Assembly: GCA_037969645.1 (NCBI GenBank)
Contig: JBBKXU010000316.1
Location: 1,292-65,291 of the forward strand
Length of the DNA stretch: 64,000 nt
DNA from: Ferruginibacter sp.
GTDB taxonomy: Bacteria > Bacteroidota > Bacteroidia > Chitinophagales > Chitinophagaceae
Direction of reading: 5' to 3'
Shown: positions 9,376 to 19,303 of the stretch, piece by piece
How positions within the stretch are numbered: position 1 is the stretch's first letter
Layout of the letters: each line of letters begins with the position of its first letter
The notes under the pieces: model-generated
Told to the model about the DNA's origin: nothing
The model's input: the letters and a program-made list of their open reading frames with translations, nothing else
Database searches by the model: none
Position numbers and translations under genes: made by a program

Positions 9376-12300
9376 ATGTCAGATATTTTTAAGCGTATTT
9401 ATACGCTATGCTTGTTTGTGTTTTTTTCTATCGTGGCAAAAGCACAACAGGAAGGCGCAACCAAACAATTTACATTACTACCCGGAAGCAGCACTGGTGT
9501 TTTATTTAGAAACGATATTGTAGAAACCTCAAACATGTTCATGTATATGTACGAGAATCTGTATGTGGGTGCTGGTGTAGCTATTGGCGATATCAACAAC
9601 GACGGGTTACCCGATATTTTCTTTTCATCAACCCTTGGCAGCACTAAGCTGTATTTAAACCTGGGTAATTTTAAATTTCAGGATATTACAGAAGCAGCAG
9701 GTGTAAATGGTGGTGAGGGCATTAAAACTGGCTGCAGCATGGTTGATATCAACAACGATGGCTATCTCGATATTTTTATCTGCAAGTCGGGTTACAAAGA
9801 TCCTAACCTGCGTAAAAAAATATTGTACATCAATAATAAAAACAACACATTCACTAATAGAGCAGCTGAGTATGGACTTGAAGAATCGAGTTATACCATG
9901 CAGGCTTATTTTTTTGATTATGATAATGATGGCGATAAAGATGTTTATTTTTTAGACCACCCGATTGATTTCAGCAAGTCAATGACCATACCCGCTACTA
10001 TGGTAAATGGAAAAGTTGTGTACGCACAGGACACCAACACGGTATATGTAAGCGACAGACTTTTTGAAAACAGGAATGGAAAATTTGTTGATGTAACAAA
10101 GAAGGCGGGTCTTATTAATCATGCTTTTGGTTTAAGCGCTTCTATTGCTGATATTAATGGCGATGGATGGCCAGATGTATATGTAGCCAATGATTTTAAT
10201 AAGCCCGATTTTTTATACATCAATAATCGCAACGGCACTTTTACCAATAAACTTTCGGAATACATCAAGCACGTAAGTTTTTCGGCTATGGGCTCCGATA
10301 TTAACGACATTAATAACGATGGACACGAAGATATTTTTGTAGTAGATATGGCGGTGGAAGATCCTGTGCGGCAAAAACAACTGTTTGCTGTAAACCAGAA
10401 CTACGACAAGTTCCAGCTATTGCTAAAATACGGTTTGTATTATCAATATCCGCATAACAGTTTGCAGCTTAACAATGGCGACGGATCGTTCAGCGAAATT
10501 TCAAATTACTCTGGTGTGTCGGAGACAGAGTGGAGCTGGGCGCCACTGATTGTTGATTTTGATAATGATGGCTGGAAAGATATGTATGTAACTAACGGAT
10601 TAAAACGTGATATCACCGACTGGGATTATAAAGTTTTCGTGCTCGATTCTATTATCAACACGATGAACAGAGGGCAGGCGGTTGATTTAAATACCTGGTT
10701 GCAAAGCATCCCATCGGTACCCACAAAAAATTATTTTTATCGTAACAACGGCAGTTTAAAATTTAATAATTATACCGATACTTGGAGCGATGCGCCAGCT
10801 TCTTTTTCAAATGGTGCTGCTTATGCCGATCTTGATAATGACGGCGATCTTGATCTGGTAGTAAATAATGTTGATGGCCCAGCATTTATTTTTAAAAATA
10901 ATACAAGAGAGCTTTCATCAGCATCTTCACATTTTCTACGTTTTCGATTTTACAAACGCCCTGGTTCATTTGATGAAGTTTATGGGGTAACAGTAAAGCT
11001 TACCGATTCAAAAGGGCAAATACAGTACCAACGCTATCACCCGCAACGTGGTTTTTTATCGAGCATGGAACATGTACTTCATTTTGGCACAGCTGCTGAA
11101 ACCAGCATCGCCAGGGTTGAAATAATATTTCCAAACCGAAAGAAAATTGTAATGGAAAACGTGAAAACCGATCAGGAACTGAAAGTGTATGAATCCAATG
11201 CCGTTACCATGAACAACGCCGTGGCTGTCAAGCCAAACATCAGTTTTAAAGATATCAGCAATAGCGGAAAGTTAAAATATACCCAAACAGAAAACGACTT
11301 TATAGATTTTAAGAGAGAGCCTCTGATACCCTACAAATGCAGTCGTAAAGGACCATACTATGCCAAGGCAGATGTTAATGGTGATGGCAAAGAAGACCTG
11401 TTTATTGGCGGTGCCGCCGGCAGCGAAGCAACATTGATGTTGCAAAATGCAAACGGAACATTTACCGAAAAAAAGATTACAGCATTTGCTGTTGATAAAG
11501 GCCAGGAAGATATGAGTGCCTTGTTCTTTGATGCAGATGGCGATGGTGATATGGATTTATATGTAGTAAGTGGTGGTGCAGAGTTTAAAGCTGGGAGTAA
11601 TTTGTATCAGGATCGTCTCTACATAAATGACGGCAAGGGCAATTTTACAAAATCGCCAAACAGCTTACCCACAGCGGGTTTTAACGGATCTTGCGTTACT
11701 GCTTTAGATTTTGATAACGATGGTGACCTTGATTTGTTTGTTGGCGGGCATGTTGTGCCGGGCACTTTCCCAAAGCCAGACAGAAGTATGCTCTTACAAA
11801 ACAATAAGGGCGTATTTACTGATGTTACCAATCAATTTGCAAAAGCGTTGCTTAGCCCCGGCATTGTTAATCAGGCTGTTTGGGCAGATGTGGATGGTGA
11901 TGGAAAAAATGAACTTTGTATAAGCGGCGAGTGGATGCCCCTTGAAATCTACAGTTTTGAAAACGGGCAGTTTGTAAAAAGGCAAAATTCGGTTCATATT
12001 ATTCTACCTTCAAAAAAAGATACATTAATCAGCATGGATGCATTAAGTGGATGGTGGTATAATATGAAAGCCGAAGACTTGAATAATGACGGCCGCATGG
12101 ATTTTGTAATGGGCAACCGCGGTCTAAACTCAACCATTAAAGCAAATATAAATGAGCCTTGTACCATATATGCAAAAGACTTTGACAGCAACGGCAGTTA
12201 TGATGCCGTGCTTGGTTTTTACCAATGGGGCAAGTGTTACCCGCTCTTCAGCCGGGATCAATTGATGGACCAGATACCTTCTATGCGTAAAAAGTTTGTA

Positions 12301-12753
12301 CGCTATAAAGATTACTCAGGTACAACCTTAGATGGCATTTTTACCGAAGCCGAGAAAAAAGATATGGATATTTTTAAAACCAACTTTTTTGAGTCGGGTG
12401 TGTTGATGAACGAAGGCAATAATACATTTCGTTTTATTCCTTTTGGAGAAAAAGCGCAGTTATCAACCATCAATGATTTTGTTATTGAAGATTTTGATAA
12501 TGATGGTATAAAAGATATTCTTGTTTGTGGTAACTCTGATGACCCTGCGGTGATGGTAGGTGTGTACGATGCCACGTCTGCACTACTTTTAAAAGGTACC
12601 GGCAAAGGAAACTTTACATCTGTTTCTCCTGCCGAAAACGGTTTAACTGTTAGAGGCGAATCCCGTAAAATAGTTTACCTGAAGGAAGGTGGAAAGGCTA
12701 CGATTATCTTTTTAAAGAACGATGCAGCAGCGCAGGTGTTTATAAAGGAGTAG
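9376..12753 (+). CDS. VCBS/FG-GAP repeat protein with ASPIC/UnbV domain (CRTAC1-like)
   Basis: Many DxxxDGxxD Ca-binding repeats (GDINNDGLPD, DFDNDGDLD). Central RGFLSSMEHVLHFG ASPIC/UnbV-like segment. Confidence 0.92.
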   Translation: MSDIFKRIYTLCLFVFFSIVAKAQQEGATKQFTLLPGSSTGVLFRNDIVETSNMFMYMYENLYVGAGVAIGDINNDGLPDIFFSSTLGSTKLYLNLGNFKFQDITEAAGVNGGEGIKTGCSMVDINNDGYLDIFICKSGYKDPNLRKKILYINNKNNTFTNRAAEYGLEESSYTMQAYFFDYDNDGDKDVYFLDHPIDFSKSMTIPATMVNGKVVYAQDTNTVYVSDRLFENRNGKFVDVTKKAGLINHAFGLSASIADINGDGWPDVYVANDFNKPDFLYINNRNGTFTNKLSEYIKHVSFSAMGSDINDINNDGHEDIFVVDMAVEDPVRQKQLFAVNQNYDKFQLLLKYGLYYQYPHNSLQLNNGDGSFSEISNYSGVSETEWSWAPLIVDFDNDGWKDMYVTNGLKRDITDWDYKVFVLDSIINTMNRGQAVDLNTWLQSIPSVPTKNYFYRNNGSLKFNNYTDTWSDAPASFSNGAAYADLDNDGDLDLVVNNVDGPAFIFKNNTRELSSASSHFLRFRFYKRPGSFDEVYGVTVKLTDSKGQIQYQRYHPQRGFLSSMEHVLHFGTAAETSIARVEIIFPNRKKIVMENVKTDQELKVYESNAVTMNNAVAVKPNISFKDISNSGKLKYTQTENDFIDFKREPLIPYKCSRKGPYYAKADVNGDGKEDLFIGGAAGSEATLMLQNANGTFTEKKITAFAVDKGQEDMSALFFDADGDGDMDLYVVSGGAEFKAGSNLYQDRLYINDGKGNFTKSPNSLPTAGFNGSCVTALDFDNDGDLDLFVGGHVVPGTFPKPDRSMLLQNNKGVFTDVTNQFAKALLSPGIVNQAVWADVDGDGKNELCISGEWMPLEIYSFENGQFVKRQNSVHIILPSKKDTLISMDALSGWWYNMKAEDLNNDGRMDFVMGNRGLNSTIKANINEPCTIYAKDFDSNGSYDAVLGFYQWGKCYPLFSRDQLMDQIPSMRKKFVRYKDYSGTTLDGIFTEAEKKDMDIFKTNFFESGVLMNEGNNTFRFIPFGEKAQLSTINDFVIEDFDNDGIKDILVCGNSDDPAVMVGVYDATSALLLKGTGKGNFTSVSPAENGLTVRGESRKIVYLKEGGKATIIFLKNDAAAQVFIKE

Positions 12754-12754
12754 A

Positions 12755-13162
12755 TTATTTCAACAACAGCTTCTTAAATTTTTCTATCTCTGCAATTTCC
12801 AATGCAGAGATATTTTCATTGTTATCATATTTCGATTTTAAAAACAATAGTCTTTTGTGTTGAGGATATTTGTCAAGAATAGCAGCAATTGTATTTCCGA
12901 GCGCTTCATCTTTTAGTGGTAGTGGCGCCGATATAGTTGCTGCAGCCCTTTCTCTGGTTGGTTTCTTTTTTATAATCGCTTCTAAAGTAGCTAGTTTACC
13001 TTGAGAAATAGTTTGTGTTTTGGTGGCTTTACTGTGCAGTCCTTCTAATTGTTTTCTACTTAGTCCGCCTCGGTTGCAATATTGCTGATGCAGGCTGTTT
13101 ACAAAGTTTGAGGCAGGGTGCGCCTTCACCATCTCATTTAATATATCGAGTAGTATATCCAT
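12755..13162 (-). CDS. Hypothetical protein
   Basis: 135-aa ORF with a plausible start. FVNSL..QY..RGGLSRKQL motif; no function recognised. Confidence 0.75.
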   Translation of the reverse strand: MDILLDILNEMVKAHPASNFVNSLHQQYCNRGGLSRKQLEGLHSKATKTQTISQGKLATLEAIIKKKPTRERAAATISAPLPLKDEALGNTIAAILDKYPQHKRLLFLKSKYDNNENISALEIAEIEKFKKLLLK

Positions 13163-13227
13163 TTGTTAATTGAGTGAAAGTAGTAAAATAGTTTTTAAAC
13201 AATAAAAACATATTTTGCCTTATTCAT

Positions 13228-13261
13228 AAAAACAAAGCCACATGAAAGTGGCTTTGTTTTT
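13228..13261. terminator. Intrinsic terminator hairpin AAAAACAAAGCCAC-ATGAAA-GTGGCTTTGTTTTT
   Basis: Perfect inverted repeat downstream of the 13274-13735 gene. Confidence 0.85.
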
Positions 13262-13273
13262 ATGTTTCTAAAG

Positions 13274-13735
13274 CTAATGGCGACCCTTACTGTGGCCTTT
13301 GCCGTTTCCTTTGCTTTTCTTTTGCTCTTTGTATTCTCCTTTTTGTTTCTTGTACTTAATAGTTCCTTGCTTATTCTTGTAGTTTTTATATTTAGCATAA
13401 TATACTTTATGCTTTTTATAATATTTGTACGCATCAGGCGTTGTAAAAACTACTTTGTATCCCGAATACATATCATAGTGTGCATGTGCAGGAGGTAAAA
13501 TGGGTGAAAATATCCACCTGTTGCCGTGCAAATAAACAAATTGCCTGCGGGGTACATAATAATAGGTTTCTATATCGGGCATATAATAATATTCAGCATA
13601 ATCATATCCCGACGGTCCCCACTCAGGCTGGTCGCCAATATTAATATTTACATTCACTTTTACCTGTGCACTGGTAGTGTCGGCATAAGCCATCGTTAAT
13701 ATCGCAATTAATATGCTTGTTATAAGCTTTTTCAT
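13274..13735 (-). CDS. Exported Tyr-rich hypothetical protein with Lys/Gly/His-rich tail
   Basis: Signal peptide, VNVNINIG.QP.WGP.GYDY..YYY.PDI..YY motif and KGNGKGHSKGRH tail. Confidence 0.85.
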   Translation of the reverse strand: MKKLITSILIAILTMAYADTTSAQVKVNVNINIGDQPEWGPSGYDYAEYYYMPDIETYYYVPRRQFVYLHGNRWIFSPILPPAHAHYDMYSGYKVVFTTPDAYKYYKKHKVYYAKYKNYKNKQGTIKYKKQKGEYKEQKKSKGNGKGHSKGRH

Positions 13736-13765
13736 GTTGATAGTTTTTAGTTCACCTGTAATTTT

Positions 13766-13780
13766 TCAAATATGGTGCCA
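13766..13780 (-). promoter_or_regulatory. Sigma54-type -24/-12 promoter TGGCAC-CATAT-TTGA
   Basis: TGGCAC-N5-TTG spacing, about 30 nt upstream of the start at 13735. Confidence 0.65.
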
Positions 13781-13821
13781 AAGAAGATTGGTTACGCAAT
13801 AATTTGATATAGAAAGAGTTA

Positions 13822-14628
13822 TCAGGAAATAATTCGCCTATTTAAAATATTTATTTCATCGCCAACCCCAATCCATTTACCAAATTCTGATGGCGGTATA
13901 TAACAATCTACAGATAAATAATAACCATGACCATAATCATTTAAATTGGACCAGTCTGGCAGATTTGCAAGCCTTTGTCCGGCAAAGGATTTTTGAAAAC
14001 CATGGATAAGTTCCCGTGTTTGCGGGTGTCGGGTTGGTACCACACATCTGGCCCTTGGGCTCATACCGTACAGGGTTACATCGCCGATTCTAAATTCAAC
14101 TACTTCTTTTTCTTTATAAAACAACTTGTCTTCCCAAAAAGCCGGCACATCAGCAATTTCAATTGTGGCTCTCATGCGCTTTCTAATTTCGGCAAGCTGC
14201 ATTTCATTAAACCAACTGCTAGCAGCTTGCAAACTTGCTGTTGACAAAACGGTAACTCCACTTATTATTGGCACATCTAAAAATTTACCTTCTGTATTTC
14301 TATGCAACGTCAGGTCCATTTTAAAAAAGTCCGAAAGGTAGTCATCAATCGAAGTTTTATCTTTTTGCAAATGAAATTCATTCCATGCTGTTGCTGATTC
14401 AGGTCTCAAATAAATTATCTCATTTTCAAAATCAACTTTCGATCTTAATAAATGCACCATGGCATTCGATTTGCCGTTTACATACTTTCCATTGGCGTCA
14501 CGAATTGCAAATTCTCTGTCGTGTACCAATGATCCGCCTTTACCTATTTGCCCTTTTTGCAGAGGCATCCCATCAAGCGATTTTACCGGATAAATGGTAA
14601 TACTTGCCACCACATGTTTCTTTTCCAA
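13822..14628 (-). CDS. MOSC domain protein (MOSC_N + MOSC; YcbX/mARC-like)
   Basis: IYPVKSL, HDREFAI, RMRATIEI, FWED and RARCVVPT motifs. Confidence 0.88.
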   Translation of the reverse strand: MEKKHVVASITIYPVKSLDGMPLQKGQIGKGGSLVHDREFAIRDANGKYVNGKSNAMVHLLRSKVDFENEIIYLRPESATAWNEFHLQKDKTSIDDYLSDFFKMDLTLHRNTEGKFLDVPIISGVTVLSTASLQAASSWFNEMQLAEIRKRMRATIEIADVPAFWEDKLFYKEKEVVEFRIGDVTLYGMSPRARCVVPTRHPQTRELIHGFQKSFAGQRLANLPDWSNLNDYGHGYYLSVDCYIPPSEFGKWIGVGDEINILNRRIIS

Positions 14629-14728
14629 CAGATTTTTATTTAGTTAAAAAAATTATAAAGCCTTTTTTCTCTTAAACCAGCATTCCCTGATCCGGTCTCA
14701 TATTCACAAACAATTTAAAACTTTAATT

Positions 14729-14851
14729 ATGAAAAAATATTTACGTCTCGAAATTTCTACGAATGAAACAATCACTTTTATTGCTATTCTTTGCTGGATC
14801 GCAGCTTCCTGCTTTGTTAAGCTGCCTGAAATTAATTCGTTAGGTTACTAG
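14729..14851 (+). CDS. Putative 40-aa small membrane protein MKKYLRLEISTNETITFIAILCWIAASCFVKLPEINSLGY
   Basis: A-rich Bacteroidota-type initiation context (ACAAACAATTTAAAACTTTAATT-ATG), one hydrophobic segment, and an ECF-like AAAC-N17-GTCT at 14674-14698. Confidence 0.5.
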   Translation: MKKYLRLEISTNETITFIAILCWIAASCFVKLPEINSLGY

Positions 14852-14951
14852 GTATTTTTCCAGCTTTAGGGGCTTTTCAGGTTAAAATTGATGCCAATTA
14901 TACAATAATTGTAATTGTATGCCGTTAAATCTATTACTAAACCAGTACCCA

Positions 14952-15107
14952 ATGAATAGAAATCCATACCAGGCGAAAACGGGCCATATTGTGATTCAGG
15001 CTATTAGAAGCTTCATCAGCAGGTTAAGGCAAAACCCGGATATATACCCGATTCGTTACTACAAAAAGAACCGCAAATTTCGCAATAATTTTAACGGACA
15101 GCAGTAA
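14952..15107 (+). CDS. Putative small basic protein (MNRNPYQAK...NFNGQQ)
   Basis: ORF-track ORF 14919-15107; the internal ATG at 14952 is preceded by an A-rich stretch. Confidence 0.35.
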   Translation: MNRNPYQAKTGHIVIQAIRSFISRLRQNPDIYPIRYYKKNRKFRNNFNGQQ

Positions 15108-15212
15108 AATAACATATTCTACTGCGGAAAATACCCTCCATAAAACTAAGCAAAACTGCTCTTGACTGGTAGTGTATTAAGATTGTACTTTTGATATTCT
15201 AAATCCAATTGT

Positions 15213-15347
15213 ATGAAAAATTTTATCAACAGCAGCGCATTTACTTTAATCAGCTTGATTAAAATGTTTAGCAGAGCAATAAAAAGCATCTTCGACTCTG
15301 GCAACAACCGTGAATTTAAAAGGTTAAAAGACTATATTTCTTCTTAA
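15213..15347 (+). CDS. Putative 44-aa small protein MKNFINSSAFTLISLIKMFSRAIKSIFDSGNNREFKRLKDYISS
   Basis: Own TACTTTTG box at 15186-15193, 19 nt before the ATG; amphipathic helix pattern. Confidence 0.5.
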   Translation: MKNFINSSAFTLISLIKMFSRAIKSIFDSGNNREFKRLKDYISS

Positions 15348-15359
15348 GAGGTCTGGTAT

Positions 15360-18300
15360 TTAACTGAATAAATACTCTACATCTGCTTTAGAAAGGGCTT
15401 TTACAAAACTTGCATCATCTGCAATTAACTCGCTGGCCAGTTTACGCTTGCGTTCCTGCAGTTCCAGTATTTTATCTTCAATAGTATCTACGCAAATCAT
15501 GCGATAGGCAAAAATATTTTTAGTTTGGCCAATACGGTGGGTACGGTCAATGGCCTGTTGCTCAACAGCTGGGTTCCACCAGGGATCAACTATATATACA
15601 TAATCGGCTGCAGTTAAGTTTAAACCCACACCACCTGCTTTCAACGAAATTAAAAACACCCTGCACTCATCATTATTCTGAAAATTCTGAATGGCTTTTT
15701 CTCTGTCGGGTGCCGATGTACTGCCATCAAAATATTCAAATGGTATATTATCTTTAATCAGTTTCTTTTTAATTAAAGCCAGCATACCCAAAAACTGAGA
15801 GAAGATAAGTGCTTTGTGGTCGCCAATATTTTCTTCAATCTCTCTGGCTAGTTCATCTAATTTTATAGAATTGTTTGGATATTTTACTTCTTCATTTAAA
15901 ATAGCCGGGCTGTCGCATATCTGGCGCAGCTTCATCAGGCCCTGCAATATGGTTAATTGAGATTTACCAATGCCTTGCTGATCAATGGTACCCAAGATTT
16001 TTTCTCGAAAACTGTTGCGGTAAGCTTCATACACCTTACGCTGCTCTTTTTCCATTTCGCAAAACAAAATGGTTTCTGTTTTTTCAGGTAGGTCTTTAGC
16101 AACCTGCTCCTTGGTGCGTCGTAAAATAAATGGAAATAATAATTTTCGTAAATGATCTTTCTGTTCCTGCTCACCAAATTTATCAATTGGCGTTGCAAAT
16201 TCGTTTCTAAAAAATTCCATATTGCCCAGCAAGCCGGGGTTCAGAAAATTCATCTGTGCAAAGATGTCGAAGGTGTTATTCTGCAAAGGCGTACCACTCA
16301 TACACAGCCTGTTCTTTGCATTCAACAAGCTTGCAGCTCTTGTAACTTTTGATGCCGGGTTTTTTATCGCCTGGCTTTCATCAAGTACAACATAATCAAA
16401 ATTTATTTTCAGTAATACCTGTATGTCGCTACGTAAAGTACCATAGGTGGTAATGATGATATTATGCTTTTGTAATTCCTCTATATTCCGACTGCGAACG
16501 CTGCCGTGGTGTATATGAAAACTCAGCGAAGGAGCAAATTTCTGAACCTCATTTCGCCAGTTATATATAAGCGTAGTAGGACACACAACCAATGCTTTTA
16601 AAGAACCGTTAATTGCCTTATAATGATGCAGCATACTTAATGCCTGAACGGTTTTACCCAAACCCATATCATCAGCAAGAATACCACCCCAGCCCACATC
16701 ATTCAAATAATTAAGCCATTGAAAACCCGATACCTGGTAGGGACGGAGTATTGGTTGTAAATGTTCGGGAGCCGGCGTTTCCGGAATATTTTTAAACTCC
16801 TTCAAACGCTCGTATTTTTCATCCAGTTCAAAACTCAGTTCTTTTTCATCCCTGTTTTCATACAGCTCATCAATCACACTCATGTGGTATTTTGACAAGC
16901 GAAGCTGATCGCTTCTTCCATCACCTATTTTAAAGAGCAGAGAATACCTTTTCAACCATTCATCGGGCAAAATACCAAGCGTGCCATCGTTTAACTGCAC
17001 AAAGGATTGCTTATTTACAAGCGCCGTTTTTATTTCATCAATACCTACCCGCTGCTCACCAAATTCAATTTCAACTTTTGCGTCAAACCAATCGAGTCCG
17101 CTGCTTACATGTATATGCGTGTTAGGTCGTGCGGTATTAAAACGGAAATTTCGCAGCGCCTCAAAGCCAAATACCGGCACTTTCATTTCGTTCATCGCAT
17201 CAATAAACAAAAAGAACCAGTTGTTACGCAATACATCGGCGCCTTTTAATACCAGATTGTTTTTATTATCGTGTGGCCTTACAAATAAAGAATGCAGATT
17301 TTCTAACTTTTTTAGAAAAGCCTCCTCAGCCTCCAGGTTACGTTCTATAATGAGTATTTTATCGCCGTCCGGAATAGTAATATTTTCCTTATCCGTAGGC
17401 CTTGTCTCAAACCCTTTATAAGTAAATATCGGCTGAAACACAAGATAGTCACCCTTTTCCTGCAATTGCAGTTTCACTTCAGGTTCTCCGCTTTTTACTT
17501 CCCTAACCAGGCTCTTATCAAATTCAACCTTATACTCTCTGGTAAGGGGTAGAATCACTTTCTTCATTTTTTCGGCCCAGTTATCTTTACTAAGCTGCAT
17601 ATTCCCTTCTTTCACAAACTTTTCGGCCTGCAAAACGTCCTCGGCTTTTTGCCACAAATACAATACATCATCATTTAAATATACAAGACTGCTGTTGCAT
17701 TCATTATCTGTAAATGGAATGGTATCGCCCATTAATTTCACTGTACACGCAATTTCAAAGTGATTGTTGTTTGCCTGTACTTTAAAAACCGGCTCAATAA
17801 AATGATCGCTAAATTCAATCTCGACAAGATTCGCAGTGGTAAACTGCTTAGACTTTGGCAGATAAAAAATAAAATTACTTTCTACCTGCTCTTCAAATAT
17901 TTTCTTAAGCTTGGGTTGCAGGTATTCCGCAATAAGTGCTTTTGTATCTTCAGGCAAATCATCCCCGTCGGCGTGAATAATGTTTTCCCAAATACCGCTG
18001 AAAGGTGAATTACGATCGAGATATTTATTTATTTCTACAGGTTGCAGCTTACGAACCTGTTGTAAAAGTTGTTTGTCTTCCTCGCTGAATAATTCAGCAT
18101 CTACAAATTTAGTAAGGTCAATTTTTTCTACCTTACCCACATAATTTACCAGTTCCTCATCTGCTTCTCCCTGTACTGCATCCACATCAAAATAGGGATA
18201 CATTTTTGCATTAAAATTAAAAACAATGCCGAGTTTTTTCGAAGAACTTTCCTCAACAACAACTTCATCGGCGGGCATAGCTGGCACAATAAAAGCCTCT

Positions 18301-19118
18301 GCAGGCCTTGCTTGTGCAGTACCTGATGCCACTCTTTTTATGGAGCTGTCGAGTACTTTTAAAAATGGCTTGCCTTCCTTATAAGTAAATTCAAATTTGT
18401 CGGTCAGATCTTCGTCCAGACTATAACCATAAATCTGAAGCAGCTTATTTTTTTCCTTATCCCAATTGCGGATGGTGTCAAAATAAGTTGCTCCGTATGC
18501 ATCTAACAGTTGCAGAAACAATACCGTTTTGTGTTCGCAAAGCGGATGTTCAGACTCGCCGCATTTGCAGGATGTGTCAAAATTTCTTTCGTCATTTTTC
18601 TGAATAACCAAAGGGAAAGATTCTCCATCAATAATCAATTCGGCTTCTACACGCTCATCAGCTGCTTTTAAAATATTTGCTTTATGAGTTCGTAAAAGAT
18701 TTTCTGCCTCGTCATAAATACCTGGCGATGAAAGCAGCTTGATCATCTTTAACTCAATATGCTTCATCTTGGCAACTGTATGGCGCTGATTATACTGAAT
18801 ACTGGTATTACCCAACATATTCTTATCAACCATATCCTGCAGGCGAATTAAAGCTGCAGATCCGTGGCGGCACACATCACCCAAATTATAAGGACATGAA
18901 CAGCGGACCGTCATGGTTTTAGCTTCCGTATACTTTTGAATATAAACTTTGTAAAAAGTAGCATAGCTGTCGTCTTTCACCCTGAATACGATGCCGCCCA
19001 TCAATTGGTCGTGTTCAACTAACTCCACAAACCCCATGGCATGAATTTTTTTGCCACGGCGAATTACTTCGTCGGAACCATTGTTGTAAACGTATTTAAT
19101 AAGGTGCGGTAAAGCCAT
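15360..19118 (-). CDS. SWIM zinc finger / SNF2-family ATPase (helicase-like)
   Basis: Two SWIM motifs (CSCP..CRH and CKC..CEH), LRPYQ, GILADDMGLGKT, DESQ, GGVGLNLT and QAIDRTHRIGQ. Confidence 0.95.
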   Translation of the reverse strand: MALPHLIKYVYNNGSDEVIRRGKKIHAMGFVELVEHDQLMGGIVFRVKDDSYATFYKVYIQKYTEAKTMTVRCSCPYNLGDVCRHGSAALIRLQDMVDKNMLGNTSIQYNQRHTVAKMKHIELKMIKLLSSPGIYDEAENLLRTHKANILKAADERVEAELIIDGESFPLVIQKNDERNFDTSCKCGESEHPLCEHKTVLFLQLLDAYGATYFDTIRNWDKEKNKLLQIYGYSLDEDLTDKFEFTYKEGKPFLKVLDSSIKRVASGTAQARPAEAFIVPAMPADEVVVEESSSKKLGIVFNFNAKMYPYFDVDAVQGEADEELVNYVGKVEKIDLTKFVDAELFSEEDKQLLQQVRKLQPVEINKYLDRNSPFSGIWENIIHADGDDLPEDTKALIAEYLQPKLKKIFEEQVESNFIFYLPKSKQFTTANLVEIEFSDHFIEPVFKVQANNNHFEIACTVKLMGDTIPFTDNECNSSLVYLNDDVLYLWQKAEDVLQAEKFVKEGNMQLSKDNWAEKMKKVILPLTREYKVEFDKSLVREVKSGEPEVKLQLQEKGDYLVFQPIFTYKGFETRPTDKENITIPDGDKILIIERNLEAEEAFLKKLENLHSLFVRPHDNKNNLVLKGADVLRNNWFFLFIDAMNEMKVPVFGFEALRNFRFNTARPNTHIHVSSGLDWFDAKVEIEFGEQRVGIDEIKTALVNKQSFVQLNDGTLGILPDEWLKRYSLLFKIGDGRSDQLRLSKYHMSVIDELYENRDEKELSFELDEKYERLKEFKNIPETPAPEHLQPILRPYQVSGFQWLNYLNDVGWGGILADDMGLGKTVQALSMLHHYKAINGSLKALVVCPTTLIYNWRNEVQKFAPSLSFHIHHGSVRSRNIEELQKHNIIITTYGTLRSDIQVLLKINFDYVVLDESQAIKNPASKVTRAASLLNAKNRLCMSGTPLQNNTFDIFAQMNFLNPGLLGNMEFFRNEFATPIDKFGEQEQKDHLRKLLFPFILRRTKEQVAKDLPEKTETILFCEMEKEQRKVYEAYRNSFREKILGTIDQQGIGKSQLTILQGLMKLRQICDSPAILNEEVKYPNNSIKLDELAREIEENIGDHKALIFSQFLGMLALIKKKLIKDNIPFEYFDGSTSAPDREKAIQNFQNNDECRVFLISLKAGGVGLNLTAADYVYIVDPWWNPAVEQQAIDRTHRIGQTKNIFAYRMICVDTIEDKILELQERKRKLASELIADDASFVKALSKADVEYLFS

Positions 19119-19206
19119 ACTGGATTTCAGATTGCCGATTTACGATTCCGGAACGCCTGGTATTTCATCGTTTTGAAATACAACTCATTCCGGAAAAGGC
19201 AATTTG

Positions 19207-19214
19207 CAAAAGTA
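19207..19214 (-). promoter_or_regulatory. -7 promoter box TACTTTTG for the SNF2 gene
   Basis: TAnnTTTG consensus; implies a leader of about 80 nt. Confidence 0.55.
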
Positions 19215-19303
19215 ACGAAAAATAAGTGAGCCTTGAAATGTTAGTAAAAGAATAGTAAGAAAAATGCGTTAAAGGACTGTATGGGATTGAATTTAGGCAA
19301 AAA

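Noticed and set aside
15360-19118. SNF2 ATPase as part of an anti-phage system
   Set aside because: SWIM-SNF2 architecture in a housekeeping context, with no methylase, nuclease or other defence partners adjacent.
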